Source: Octopus sinensis (Eukaryota). From it: a stretch of DNA of 64,000 nt. The stretch covers positions 13,516,001 to 13,580,000 of the forward strand of contig NC_043024.1 of NCBI RefSeq assembly GCF_006345805.1, in the 5' to 3' direction. Under the pieces are notes generated by a model. The model saw only the letters and a program-made list of their open reading frames with translations, was not told the DNA's origin and did no database searches. This document shows positions 53,239-64,000 of the stretch, in pieces (position 1 is the stretch's first letter; each line of letters starts with the position of its first letter). The translations under genes and the position numbers were made by a program.

Positions 53239-54413
53239 AGGGAGAAAGAGACTGAGGTGGGAGGAGGGGATTCAAAAGGGGGGAGAGAGAGAATTGTAAT
53301 ATTTATATCGTAGATACAAAAGGAAAACATTTCAATACAACTTTCGAGAAACGTACTCAATAAAATTCCGGTTTGATTCTCGGCGAAATGAAAGCGACCA
53401 CATATAACTATATTTAAATTCCATAACTTCTCCCCACCAAAGCAGTCATTGCTATGTTGGTGAAACGCTTGTGAACCAAGGAGCGTAACCACGTCGTCTT
53501 GTTTTCAGATCAACTTACCTGCAAATTTGGGACTTGCCAGATAATTTGGTAAACGGAAAATGGAATGTACCTAATACTTGTGTGTGAGTGCGTTTGTATG
53601 TATGTATATATATAGAATAGTATATATATATATAATATATTATCTATATATTATAGATTGATATATAATATATAGATATAGATATAGATTATAGATATAT
53701 AATATATATATATAGTTCTATATATCGATAGATAGATAGATAGATAGATAGACTAGATAGATAGATAGATAGAAGATACTTGGAAGAAGATGCGTTGTGT
53801 TCAATCATATAATATATGAATTTTATATATAAATATATATATATAGAGAGAGAGGGAGACAGAGAGAGAGAGAGGAGACTCCCCTCCAAAAAAACATAAG
53901 ACGAAGACAGGTGGTGTAGTCAACAAACAGATGTATAACGTTCGGTGAGTGAAAGAATCTATCCTTGTTTGTCCCCTCTATGTTAACCCCTTCTGGGCAA
54001 TAAAAAAATAAGAAAAAAGAAATAAGAATAGGCAACTTAATTCTTATTTCTAAATTCGGTGCGTGGCGAAGCAATTCGCTCACCCCCTGATAATAATTAT
54101 GTTTATAATTATAGAATATTTGTATAATTTTACCTAAAAATTTTATTTTAACGTACAGAACTACTTGGTAAAATTATAAATGATTAACTAATTAATTGTT
54201 TAATTAATTAATAAATTTTAACCATTTATTAGTATTGATGTATATATATATGTATATATACACACACACATACATATATATATATGTACATATATATCTA
54301 CGAATGAGTGTAAGTGTGTGTGTGTGCGCGCGCGCTTATGGCGTGTGTACATGTGTCTTTGTGCTTGTGATGTTCCCTACCATTCTTTGACAACCTGCTT
54401 CTTCTTTTCCTGT

Positions 54414-54925
54414 GTCGATTATATCGACCCCAGTGCGTAACTGGTACTTAATTTATCGACCCCGAAAGGACGAAAGGCAAAGTTGACCTCGGTGGAATTT
54501 GAACTCAGAACGTAGCACCAGCTGAAATACTTATTTGTTTACTACCCACAAGGAGCTAAACACAGAGAGGACAAACAAGGACAGACAAACGGATTAAGTC
54601 GATTACATCGACTCCAGTGTGAAACTGGTTCTTAATTTATCGACCCCTAAAGATGAAAAGCAAAGTCGACCTCGGCGGAATTTGAACTCAGAGCGCAACG
54701 ACAGACGAAATACCAATTTCTTTACTACCTACAAGGAGCTAAACACAGAGAGGACAAACATGGACAGAGAAACGGATTATGGCGATTACATCGGCCCCAG
54801 TGCGTAACTGGTACTTAATGTATCGACCCCGAAAGGATGAAAGGCAAAGTCCTCTTTGCGGAATTTGAACTCAGAACGTAACGGCAGACGAAATACTGCT
54901 ACGCATTTCTGCCAGCTCACCGCCT
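54414..54925 (-). mobile_element. Head-to-tail array of three SINE family A units (~185 bp period)
   Basis: The unit cgattacatcgaccccagtgcgtaactggtacttaatttatcgaccccgaaagg...gaatttgaactcag..gaaatac is repeated; junctions near 54530 and 54713; only the last unit keeps the head ctgccagctcaccgcc. Confidence 0.9.
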
Positions 54926-55288
54926 TTGTGCTTATTGCCAAATACGTGTATATTCATGTACGCAGTGCCTTTATCAACGGCTCTTAGTTTGGTCAAAACA
55001 CGAGCGTTAATTTTGCATATTTATACAAGACACGTTTCTCGCATTATTATAATAACGGGAATATGTTGAGAACAGAATTAATTCAAGGCAACTGAAATAA
55101 CATCACATGATGAATAATATGTAATCGCTTGAATATAAATCATAAACTGAGATTGCATATGCAATGATGATATAAACAGAAGTGAATACTTCGGATCTAA
55201 TGCAAGAATAATACTTCGCCCAAGATTTTAGAAATGTGCTCAATGAACAGTAAATGATCTCGTGTGTATGATTGAGTATATGCTTGTT

Positions 55289-55344
<56 letters not shown>

Positions 55345-55349
<5 letters not shown>

Positions 55350-55560
55350 TCCAAACAAGAAACATAGAAAAAAAGAGAAAAAAAGAGAAAAATGAGAAAA
55401 AAACACAGCAACGCAGGACGTGGAACAATTAAAGTATTATTGACGCTCAGGAAAGAAGGGAAGGAGGGTTTAACTTTTCGAGCGGAGCTCTTCGTCGGAA
55501 ACAAGGGAAGGAAAGATCCCAAGGAGGGAAGACCGAGGAGAAAATATTTGAGCTGGTAGT
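55345..55560 (-). mobile_element. TA-embedded putative PLE pLTR remnant with a mutated hammerhead motif at 55468-55502
   Basis: Minus strand guuu-CcGACGA-a-gagc-ucc-gcuc-GAAAa-GUU-aaac; same family as 8326-8436, which preserves AACGTT-aaac. Confidence 0.7.
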
Positions 55561-55572
55561 GCTCAAGAGATC

Positions 55573-55614
<42 letters not shown>

Positions 55615-55615
<1 letters not shown>

Positions 55616-55838
55616 CGACACTCTACAGAAACTGTAGTCCGCGCGTATCACTTAGGTTGACGAGGGAAGGATCACCTCCCTTTGCAAATACCCGGTAGGG
55701 CCACAGAAAGTTTGTCAATAGCCAGCTGGAGGAGATGTTTCTCCTGAGGCTACAATCTCCAGTAACATCCACCCTTAGGGGTTAGCTATATTAGGATGGC
55801 AAAATATACTTCACATTGTCGCGCAGTTACTGTCTATA
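55615..55838. mobile_element. TA-embedded element related to the 7220-7353 fold-back
   Basis: cagtaacatccacccttaggggttagctatatt...atggcaaaa..cac.ttgt..tactgt shared with 7299-7372. Confidence 0.7.
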
Positions 55839-56038
55839 TAAGATATATATATATATATTATATATATATATCTATATATATAATATGTACTACACACATA
55901 ATATATAGTATTTAAAAGGAGAAATCAGGTAGATACAGCGATTGAGAATAATAATACAGCATACTCGGGCATATAAAAGCTGTGTATGTAAATTATTAAA
56001 CTGTATTTAATGTTTAATTTACAGATATTAAAAAATAT

Positions 56039-56378
56039 TCTTTTACTTTTTTCAATCATTTAACAGCAGCCATTCTGGAGCACCATCATTAGTCGAAGAA
56101 ATCGACCCCAGGTATTATTTATAGGCGTAGTATTTATTCTATCGTTTTGTTTTGTCGTACCATTAAGTTACGGGGTCGTTAAAAAATAATAGTATCGGTT
56201 GTTAAGCGATGAGGGGGTTCCAACACATACACAAACACACACACACACACAAACACACACACATATATACGACGTGCTTCTTTCAGTTTCCGTCTACGAA
56301 ATCCACTCACAAGTCTTTGGTCGGCTCGAGGCTATAGTAAAAGATACCTGCCCAAGGTGCAATACAGAGGGACTGAAC
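56039..56378 (-). mobile_element. Diverged SINE family B copy
   Basis: ctggagcacc..tagtcga.gaaatcgacccc...ctttcagtttccgtctac.aaatccactcacaag...tgcccaaggtgc. Confidence 0.85.
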
Positions 56379-56439
56379 TTAATAGATATATATTGGTAGA
56401 AAGCCTATACTGATGTATAAAAATATATTAGCATCTTCG

Positions 56440-57170
56440 AAGGTGTACATTGAAGACATCGTCCTGCGTACAGATTAAAAGCGTTGCTAAAAAGATATTT
56501 AAAAAAAATATTAAACAATAAAATTATAAATTCTCGCGAAAAGGTACATAAAGAATTGTTTGAGCATCCAGATGGAAGGGAAGGTTTCCAACGATTATAT
56601 GTGATACTCTATCAAGAATTAAGTGGTGATACTACGACCGACGGCCTAACCGAATTTTAGACATTGCTTCCTTCATTAGGGAGAATGTATTAGTTAAGGA
56701 TTCACATCTCATATATTATCCTAATGAGTAAATGGATGTTTGGTTTTATAAACAATACTACGAGTTAGCAGGAAGAAGAGATGTTATAGCAAGAATTGCG
56801 GGAAGATAATTTAGAATATATGGCAGATTATAAGCAAGTATTTATTCACAAAAGGTAGGTTAGGGTGGGCGAGTATGAGTATTAATTGGACTATAGCCAA
56901 TTATAAAGTTTAATGATGAATCTATCCAGATTCATCAAAATGCTTATGTGTTCAATGATATATATTGTTGGATGAACATATTCAATACTATAGAGTTATG
57001 TCGATGGAGAATGCTTATAGATGCTTTAATACATATTCTACATACACGCGTAATTGTATTATACGGAGGGGTTTCTGATATTATAGACCAAGATAATGAA
57101 TATTGCTATATTCTTTAGTTTAAGTTCCTGTGTATATGTGGCTAGCGTTGCTGTGAATTTATATTTTAAG
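56440..57170 (+). pseudogene. Probable degraded Penelope-like retroelement ORF C-terminus (GIY-YIG endonuclease region)
   Basis: Ordered frameshifted fragments 'KIFKKN', 'CFL-GECI', 'YYELAGR..IARI', 'ISKYLF....EY..INWTI' resemble PLE 'KIFNxN...CPLxGxCL...YIGLT..FKxR...LSKYIW...YxIxWxI'. Aligned by eye only. Confidence 0.4.
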
Positions 57171-57192
57171 TAAAATACAAATGAGTCATATG

Positions 57193-57268
<76 letters not shown>

Positions 57269-57310
57269 CGCGTGTGTGTGTCTGTGTGTATGTGTGTATG
57301 TTTACGGCAA

Positions 57311-57506
57311 TAAACAAAAGACGAAGGCAGGTGGTGTACAAATAAACAGATGTATTAGTATAACGCTCAGGAATAGAAAACGTCTTTTACGTTTCGAGCC
57401 TACGCTCTTCTACAGAAAGGGACACAGAAAAAAACAAGGTGAGAAACAAGGAGAGAAAAACAATGTGTGTAGTGGCTAACGATTTATCATGGCGTCTGAC
57501 TCGGAC
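57311..57506 (-). mobile_element. Microsatellite-embedded putative PLE pLTR remnant, same family as 11037-11207
   Basis: Long shared sequence with the 11 kb copy; between (TG)n and (TA)n. Confidence 0.78.
57384..57419 (-). ncRNA. Minimal hammerhead-like motif with CUGUAGA core variant
   Basis: cuuu-CUGUAGA-a-gagc-guag-gcuc-GAAAC-GUA-aaag. Stem I is cuuu/aaag, stem II gagc/gcuc, stem III the loopless palindrome ACGU. Confidence 0.55.
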
Positions 57507-57519
57507 ATATATATATATA

Positions 57520-57690
57520 GTGCTTGATCAAAAGTACAGTACTGCATTTATTTACTAACCTAATCTTAGTGCTAGTCCTTACAGACAATCGGTTTCATCA
57601 GCCCGAAGTTCCCCGACTGTAGTCCATAGTGCCGAGTTATGAGTGTATAGCTTACTAAATAAACACAATACTATACTTTTAATCAAGCAC
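57520..57690. mobile_element. Short element with ~39 bp imperfect inverted termini in TA-rich sequence
   Basis: gtgcttgatcaaaagtacagtactgcatttatttactaa / ttactaaataaacacaatactatacttttaatcaagcac. Confidence 0.7.
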
Positions 57691-57729
57691 AATATATAAG
57701 CTGACATTGTAAAATACCTGTGCATAATA

Positions 57730-57748
57730 CAATATATATATATGTATA

Positions 57749-57799
<51 letters not shown>

Positions 57800-57809
57800 G
57801 TATGTTACG

Positions 57810-57887
<78 letters not shown>

Positions 57888-57932
57888 TATATATACATAC
57901 ATAATATATATATATACACATATACATATATA

Positions 57933-57970
<38 letters not shown>

Positions 57971-58007
57971 CATACATATATATATATAATATATCTAATA
58001 TATATAT

Positions 58008-58050
<43 letters not shown>
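57730..58050. repeat. (TA)n microsatellite
   Basis: Direct inspection. Confidence 0.95.
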
Positions 58051-58052
<2 letters not shown>

Positions 58053-58450
58053 CAATGAAATACAGGCGTTGATATATATAGGAGAATATATTTTAAACAT
58101 GAAAATCGTTTCGACACATCTAGCATACATTCCTCTTTTGTGGGACACTCAACAACTGGTTCAGAGGCATCCGGTGGTGCAGATGTAGGAAGATATAATT
58201 ATATATATGAAGGAGAATTATATGGGAAGATGGATAAAACGACATATTTTCTTCCAGTGCACAACAATTGTTTCTATATATCTACACTCACTTAGTACCT
58301 TGTTGTGATTATGTTATTACCATTTTGGCTAATTACTAGCATCTATCAAAAGTATAAATGCGTAAACATGTTACTTACGTTTGAGACAGAAAGTCTGACC
58401 CTAGGAAAACGGTCTACACCTTTGTAGTCGTTGTAATCATCACCATAAAT

Positions 58451-58481
<31 letters not shown>

Positions 58482-58509
58482 CATCATCATCATCATCATC
58501 ATCATCATC
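58451..58509. repeat. (CAT)n microsatellite
   Basis: Direct inspection. Confidence 0.95.
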
Positions 58510-58639
58510 TACAACAAGAATAACAGCTACAATATCAGCATAAGAACCATCAACTCGTACGTGTCAGGAAATATTGCTGGAGTGACATTTTGTCAGCGTA
58601 TAAACATTCAGCATCATAATAATCGTCTGAAGATGAGAG

Positions 58640-58775
58640 CCAGTGCGTCGCTAGGATTAGACATTTGCAAATGAGCGCAGTGGAACAGCCTGAAGTGAAG
58701 TGTCTTATTTTCAAGAGCACATCGCAGTCTTGAGCTGGATATCGAAACCACGAACATCCCAATGCCACGCACCTG
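58640..58775 (-). mobile_element. Diverged SINE family D fragment
   Basis: cagtggaacagc.tgaagtgaagtgtctt..tcaagagcaca..gc...atcgaaaccac. Confidence 0.55.
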
Positions 58776-59413
58776 CCACCATCCTATGCGACTAATATCC
58801 AAATAGTTTATTCACTTTCAAGCAGGAAACTTCTATTCAAAAACCAACTGAATCCTCATACTCAAACGCTGGAGATCCACAATATATATTTATACAACAT
58901 CCACATATGTGAACATACATATTCGGAGATATGTAAGCGTGTGTACGTGCGCATATGCGTAAATAATATAGTTAGTATACTATATATATATATAGATATA
59001 TTATATATATATATATATATAATATTATATATTATATATATATATATATAATATAATATATATATACACACATATATATATATATATATATATACATATA
59101 CACAAAACACATATTGTGGTACTCGAACGTATATCTATTTCTGAATGTCCGTATGTATGTGTGTGTTCCTATTTCTTTCAAGCCAGTGGTTCAATATTCA
59201 CGGATCAGTGATGAGAGAATGAGGAATTAAATCTACTGAATACAATCGTCTTGATGCAATAAATAGCAAATGTTATTTCGATTCTTGTATACCGACCAAT
59301 ATAATGTCATTATTTCACCAATGCATTTTAGCTTTGCCATCACATATTCGCCGTCTTCCCTCGAATTAGTAGAGATATCCGTCTACTTACAATTCCATAT
59401 ACATACATACATG

Positions 59414-59445
<32 letters not shown>

Positions 59446-59466
59446 TATAATATATATATATATGTA

Positions 59467-59542
59467 TATATACCCATCTATAATTACGCACACACACAGA
59501 GACATATATATATAAGTCTGTTTGTGTGCGTAATTATGTATG

Positions 59543-59548
<6 letters not shown>
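59467..59548. repeat. Short inverted repeat within microsatellite
   Basis: tatacccatctataattacgcacacacacagagac / gtctgtttgtgtgcgtaattatgtatgggtata. Confidence 0.8.
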
Positions 59549-59586
<38 letters not shown>

Positions 59587-60669
59587 ATATATATACATAT
59601 ATATAATATATTGTATATACATATATTTAAGAGAGAGAGAACTAGAGTATATATATATATATATAGATATAGATATATATAGATATAGATATATGTATAT
59701 ATACACACATATACATATATATGCAATCGTATGGTTCATCAAAGCTAAATCCATAAATATGTTGGCGAAGGCCTCTGAGTCAATGAAAAGATAACTTCCA
59801 TTCTTTATGGTAGAAGACCCGCCATATTTATTTATTCGCTGCTTTGTGGTGTTTGGAGATATAATGAGTTTTGCTGATGCGTTTTTAATTTTAACGAAAT
59901 AAGTAAATGAATGGATGAAGGCATTAAGATAGAAGAAGCAGTTAAAGTGAGGAAGGAGAGTATGAAAGAATGTAATTTGGAAATTGAAAGACAAAAGAAG
60001 GAGAATTAAGAAGCCGAGAAAGGAAGATAAAGAAACGATCGTTCGTTCTATTTCGAGAAAGAATAAAGGAATCAATGCAGTTAATAAGATGGAAGAAAAG
60101 TGTGAGAGAATAAGGTTGAAGGAAACAATGTATGAGGAGAATGAAGGGAAAATAAACAAAGACAGAGCGAAACAAATAAATGAAAATGAATATATAAATA
60201 AGGAGCGAATGAAAAGGAATCTACGAAATAGTTAATGTCCGGAATGAATGAGAGAGAAAGAGAAAGAACGAAAGAGAGAAAGGAAGGAGGGAGAGATAGA
60301 GAGGAAGGAGGGAGAGAACGAAATAGAAATAAAAGTAAGAACAATTGTGATAGAAGAAACGAGAAGTAAATAGATATGAGCTTTGGAGAATATTCTGAAG
60401 AACGAAAGAAGAAAAACAAAAGGTAGGGCATTCTGGAGATTCGTAAATTCTGCTTTACCTTGCACTACAACGTATTGATTTCAAAATATGCCTCATCTCC
60501 GCTTTTTGGGGCCGTTTAACTATCTTTCCTAATAGAATTGTTCCAAATTTTGGCGTAGAGCTCCGTATTTATAAGGAAAGAAGGTCAGTCGATTACACCG
60601 GCATCTTTAAGTGCTGAGTAATTTAAAGCTGCGAAGACTGTTTTAACATCATCTCTACTTTTGCCCTGT

Positions 60670-61060
60670 ATGGAGGCACACTGGTCCGGTTGTTAGGGCA
60701 GCGGATTCGCGGTTGTAGGTCGCGTTTTCAATTCCCAGAAACACGCGTTGTGAGTGTTTATTGAGCGAAAACAGCTAAAGTTCCACGAGGCTCCGGCAGG
60801 GTGTGGTGGCGAACTCTACTGTACTCTTTCATCACAACTTTTCCTCACACTTTCTTTCTCTTTCTGCTGTACCTGTATTTCAAAGGGCCAGCCTTGCCAC
60901 ACTCTGTGTCACGCTGAATCTCCCCGAGAACTACGTTAAGGGTACACGTGTCTGTGGAGTTCTCAGCCACTTGCACGTTAATTTACAAGGAGGCTGTTCC
61001 GTTGATCGGATCAACTGGAACCCGCGTCGTCGTAACCGACGGAGTGCCAACAACAACATA
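60670..61060 (+). mobile_element. SINE family C with (CAA)n tail and 10 bp TSD
   Basis: tttgccctgt at 60660-60669 and 61061-61070. Confidence 0.93.
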
Positions 61061-61199
61061 TTTGCCCTGTTTAGCCAAAAGACAATGCATCAACAAAAAT
61101 TGTCAGGGTTTGTATTTTGATACGTAAATAATTAGGACTAAATTCTGGGATATCAAGAGAGAGGAATAGTATAAACAGTTACAAACTTGAGCACAAACC

Positions 61200-61872
61200 A
61201 GCGATTTTAAAAGATGACTTTGTTACATCAACCCTATTTCATGACTGGTATTTAATTTGGCGACCCCAAAATGCTGTCCGGCAAAGATGACATCATCTTG
61301 GATATAAACTCAGAACGTGAAGGGACGAAGGAAATTCTACGAAGCATTTTGTCCTACATAAATACATATCTGCCAGCTCACCGGCTTTTCTCCATAATGA
61401 AACAGCACACGTAATTTCCATCCTATACACAAATATGATGATTCATTTTGATTTAACGTTCATGTAATTAACTATATCCATCCGTGACCAACACATATTT
61501 GTTGACATCTTTCACCTCTAATCTTTTATTTGATTTAGTTTTTAAAGCGCCCATGCTGGGGTATTGCTTTCAAGAAAGTCGAACGAATTGACCCCACTAC
61601 ATAATTTTTCAAAGTGGTACTTTGTCTATCGGGCTTTTTTACCAAAACAAGTGGTGGGGTGGGACAGAGAAACACACGCATATACACACAAACATATATA
61701 TTCATATACGATACGTTTTTTTTTTTAGTTTTTATCTATCCAATCATTCCCAACGCCTAGTTTGACCAAAGACTTTAGCGGAAGACACCCAAAGTGTGAT
61801 ACAATGGTACTGAACCCTGAACCATGTGGCTGGGGAGCAAACCTCTTACCATTGCCACAAGGAGACGCCTGC
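61200..61872 (-). mobile_element. Old diverged SINE A (~61200-61385) and SINE B (~61530-61872) copies
   Basis: ctggta.ttaattt..cgacccc..aactcagaacgt..ctgccagctcacc; ccatgctggg..gacccc..gaagacac..actgaaccctgaaccatgtgg. Confidence 0.65.
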
Positions 61873-62457
61873 ACTTCTAGTGTGATACATTTAAAAATTT
61901 TCCTTTTTGTTGTTCTTCGATTTCCATGATGTTTTTGCACCACGGTACGAGCGAGAGTATTCCCAGTTGAATATAATTTTCCCTGAACCGAAACATGTTG
62001 GTCGTCCCTCGTTGGATTTTCCTTTCACTGTTGAGAGAGACACAATGTGAGGTGCCGGTCGTTCGTGTCATTTATTGATCTTAATAGCTTATGAATTTAG
62101 AATGCAAATATTTGCTATGAACCGCCGGTGGATATCTGATAATTTCACAGCATTATTTATATACGTAACTCGGGCGATCTGGCCGAGGGGGATAACGCTT
62201 ATTTCTAATTCGACAAAGTTTACTTTGGTTTTGATAAATAAAATTAACCACATTTTATTACAGAAATAACTAATCTCCCGGAATTTCTAATTCTGTAACC
62301 CCTTTGTTCTCTCTGAATCACTTATAAAAAAGAGGCCGAGAAAAGAGGCCAGTCCAATCTTTCCACAGCCATTATCTAAACATCTTACCTATATCATCTG
62401 TGAAGGCATCAAATTTCTTCTGGTGTCCTACGAACTCCAGTTACACCCAGCAATACA

Positions 62458-62901
62458 CTTTACTCGTTTACTTGTTTCAGTCATTTGACTGTGGCTATGC
62501 TGGAGCACCGCCTTTAGTTGAGCAAATCGACCCCAGGACTTATTCTTTGTAAGCCTAGTACTTATTCTATCCGACTCTTTTGCCGAACCGTTAAGCTACG
62601 GGGACGTAAACACATACCTACTTCTTTATTACCCACAAGGGGCTAAACATAGAGGGGACAAACAAGGACAGACATAGGTATTAAGTCGATTACATCGACC
62701 CCAGTGCGTAACTGGTACTTAATTTATCGACCCCGAAAGGATGAAAGGCAAAGTCGACCTCGGCGGAATTTGAACTCACAACGTAACGGCAGGCGAAATA
62801 CCGCTAATCATTTCGCCCGACGAGCTAACGTTTCTGCCAGCACGCCGCCGATAAACACATACCAGCATCGGTTGTGAAGCGATGTTGGGGGACAAACACA
62901 G
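62458..62901 (-). mobile_element. SINE family B 3' part interrupted by a nested SINE A
   Basis: The family B sequence resumes (accagcatcggttg) after the insert. Confidence 0.9.
62619..62851 (-). mobile_element. Young full-length SINE family A nested in SINE B, 12 bp TSD
   Basis: taaacacatacc at 62607-62618 and 62852-62863. Confidence 0.93.
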
Positions 62902-64000
62902 CAATCTGTACATTTTGACATTAAACTTAAAAATTAATTAGGAAGAGCAGAATTTGTTGCATCAGTGTATTACGATTAGGTCCTGAGATAAAATTCCATT
63001 TCGGTGAGATTTGATATTCCTGCTTTCCAAAGTCGATAAAATGTCTACTCTTATCACGACTGTCTTCGTTTACCGCTTATCACCAGCAGTTTAACCTTGA
63101 ATCAATAGACATATATGATCCGTAGCGTTCTTCTCATGATTAATTTTCATTGCAATCGGGCATTGCGCATTTAAAAGTGCATTGCACAAAATATTCAATT
63201 CCTTCTATTAAAGACGTTACAATATAATAGATGTAGGTTATTATTATTATTATTATTTCTATTTCTATCATGTCGAGAAGCCTTGTAGAAATGGTCTTAG
63301 AAATGAAATACTTACTACTTAGAAATAATATACAGGTTTTGATTTAATAATCTACAGTGAAAATTTCCCAGAATGCGATTTATTCTTTTGCCAATGCTGG
63401 AAATCAATATTTTTCTCAAGTTTTGCAAAATATCTGTAGTTTATCTTCTGTATACAATTATTGCAAGCGAGGCAAGAGGTTTTTACATTGACAAAGCCAT
63501 TAATTTGAATATTTCATTTCTGTCTCAGCAGGTCAGCTTGTCACAAACCTGGTGAAGATCTTGAAATTAATCTTGAATTTCTTGTAATCTTACCATTTTT
63601 TCTTCCAATTCGATGATAGTTTCTCACCATGGTGCAGATGTGTTCTACATCTAGGGAACATATCAGTGTATTTTTGACAGATAATTTGATGTAAAGACGA
63701 AATACGTGCAAGCTACACACCGCTGTATCAGCATTCAGTCGTGAGCTGCATATAACAATAGAAAAGTTTTATATTAATATATAGCAGAACAATACATAGT
63801 GAAATCTCCATTCTTTTTTTTTTCTTTTTTTACGGTTTACTTACAGAACGAAGGACGGTGTTTATGACGTCTTAAAGTGCTTCTGGGACTGACAGAGAGC
63901 GGCGAACTATGATGCATGGTTTACTGTATGAAGAAGCATTGCCAATTATCCGCTTCTACATCGACGCATTGAGTTGAGAACTTGCAACGTAATTGATTCC

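Noticed and set aside
54414-54925. Regularly spaced repeats that could be mistaken for a CRISPR array
   Set aside because: Whole ~185 bp units repeat with no unique spacers; eukaryotic SINE context; no cas genes
55657-55722. TTGACGA...GAAAgtttGTC possible hammerhead in the 55.6 kb element
   Set aside because: C3 and C15.2 are altered and no stem I pairing was found; cannot be supported from this copy alone
59575-60465. Hydrophobic or Lys/Glu-rich ORFs
   Set aside because: They arise from a purine-rich low-complexity tract (GA/GAA)

Overview
AT-rich eukaryotic (animal) genomic DNA, mostly intergenic or intronic. It is dominated by (TA)n/(CA)n/(TATC)n/(AAT)n microsatellites and by at least four tRNA-derived SINE families. 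The repeat landscape strongly resembles octopus (coleoid cephalopod) genomes; this is an inference from SINE structure, not a database match. No intact host protein-coding gene can be supported, and almost all listed ORFs are microsatellite read-throughs. Recognisable transposon relics are a 5'-truncated CR1-type LINE, mariner and Tc1 3' halves with terminal inverted repeats, two non-autonomous Helitrons (one with an empty-site paralogue nearby), and degraded Gypsy and Penelope-like (GIY-YIG) coding remnants. The most interesting signal is a set of short, often fold-back elements embedded in (TA)n tracts. They belong to at least four unrelated sequence families and carry minimal type I hammerhead ribozyme motifs (CUGANGA...GAAA...GUH with a tiny, mostly self-complementary stem III), as described for pseudo-LTRs of Penelope-like retroelements. 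Two motifs look intact (38355-38417 with its mirror copy at 38232-38294, and 39902-39939), and one family shows a recurrent CUGUAGA core variant.
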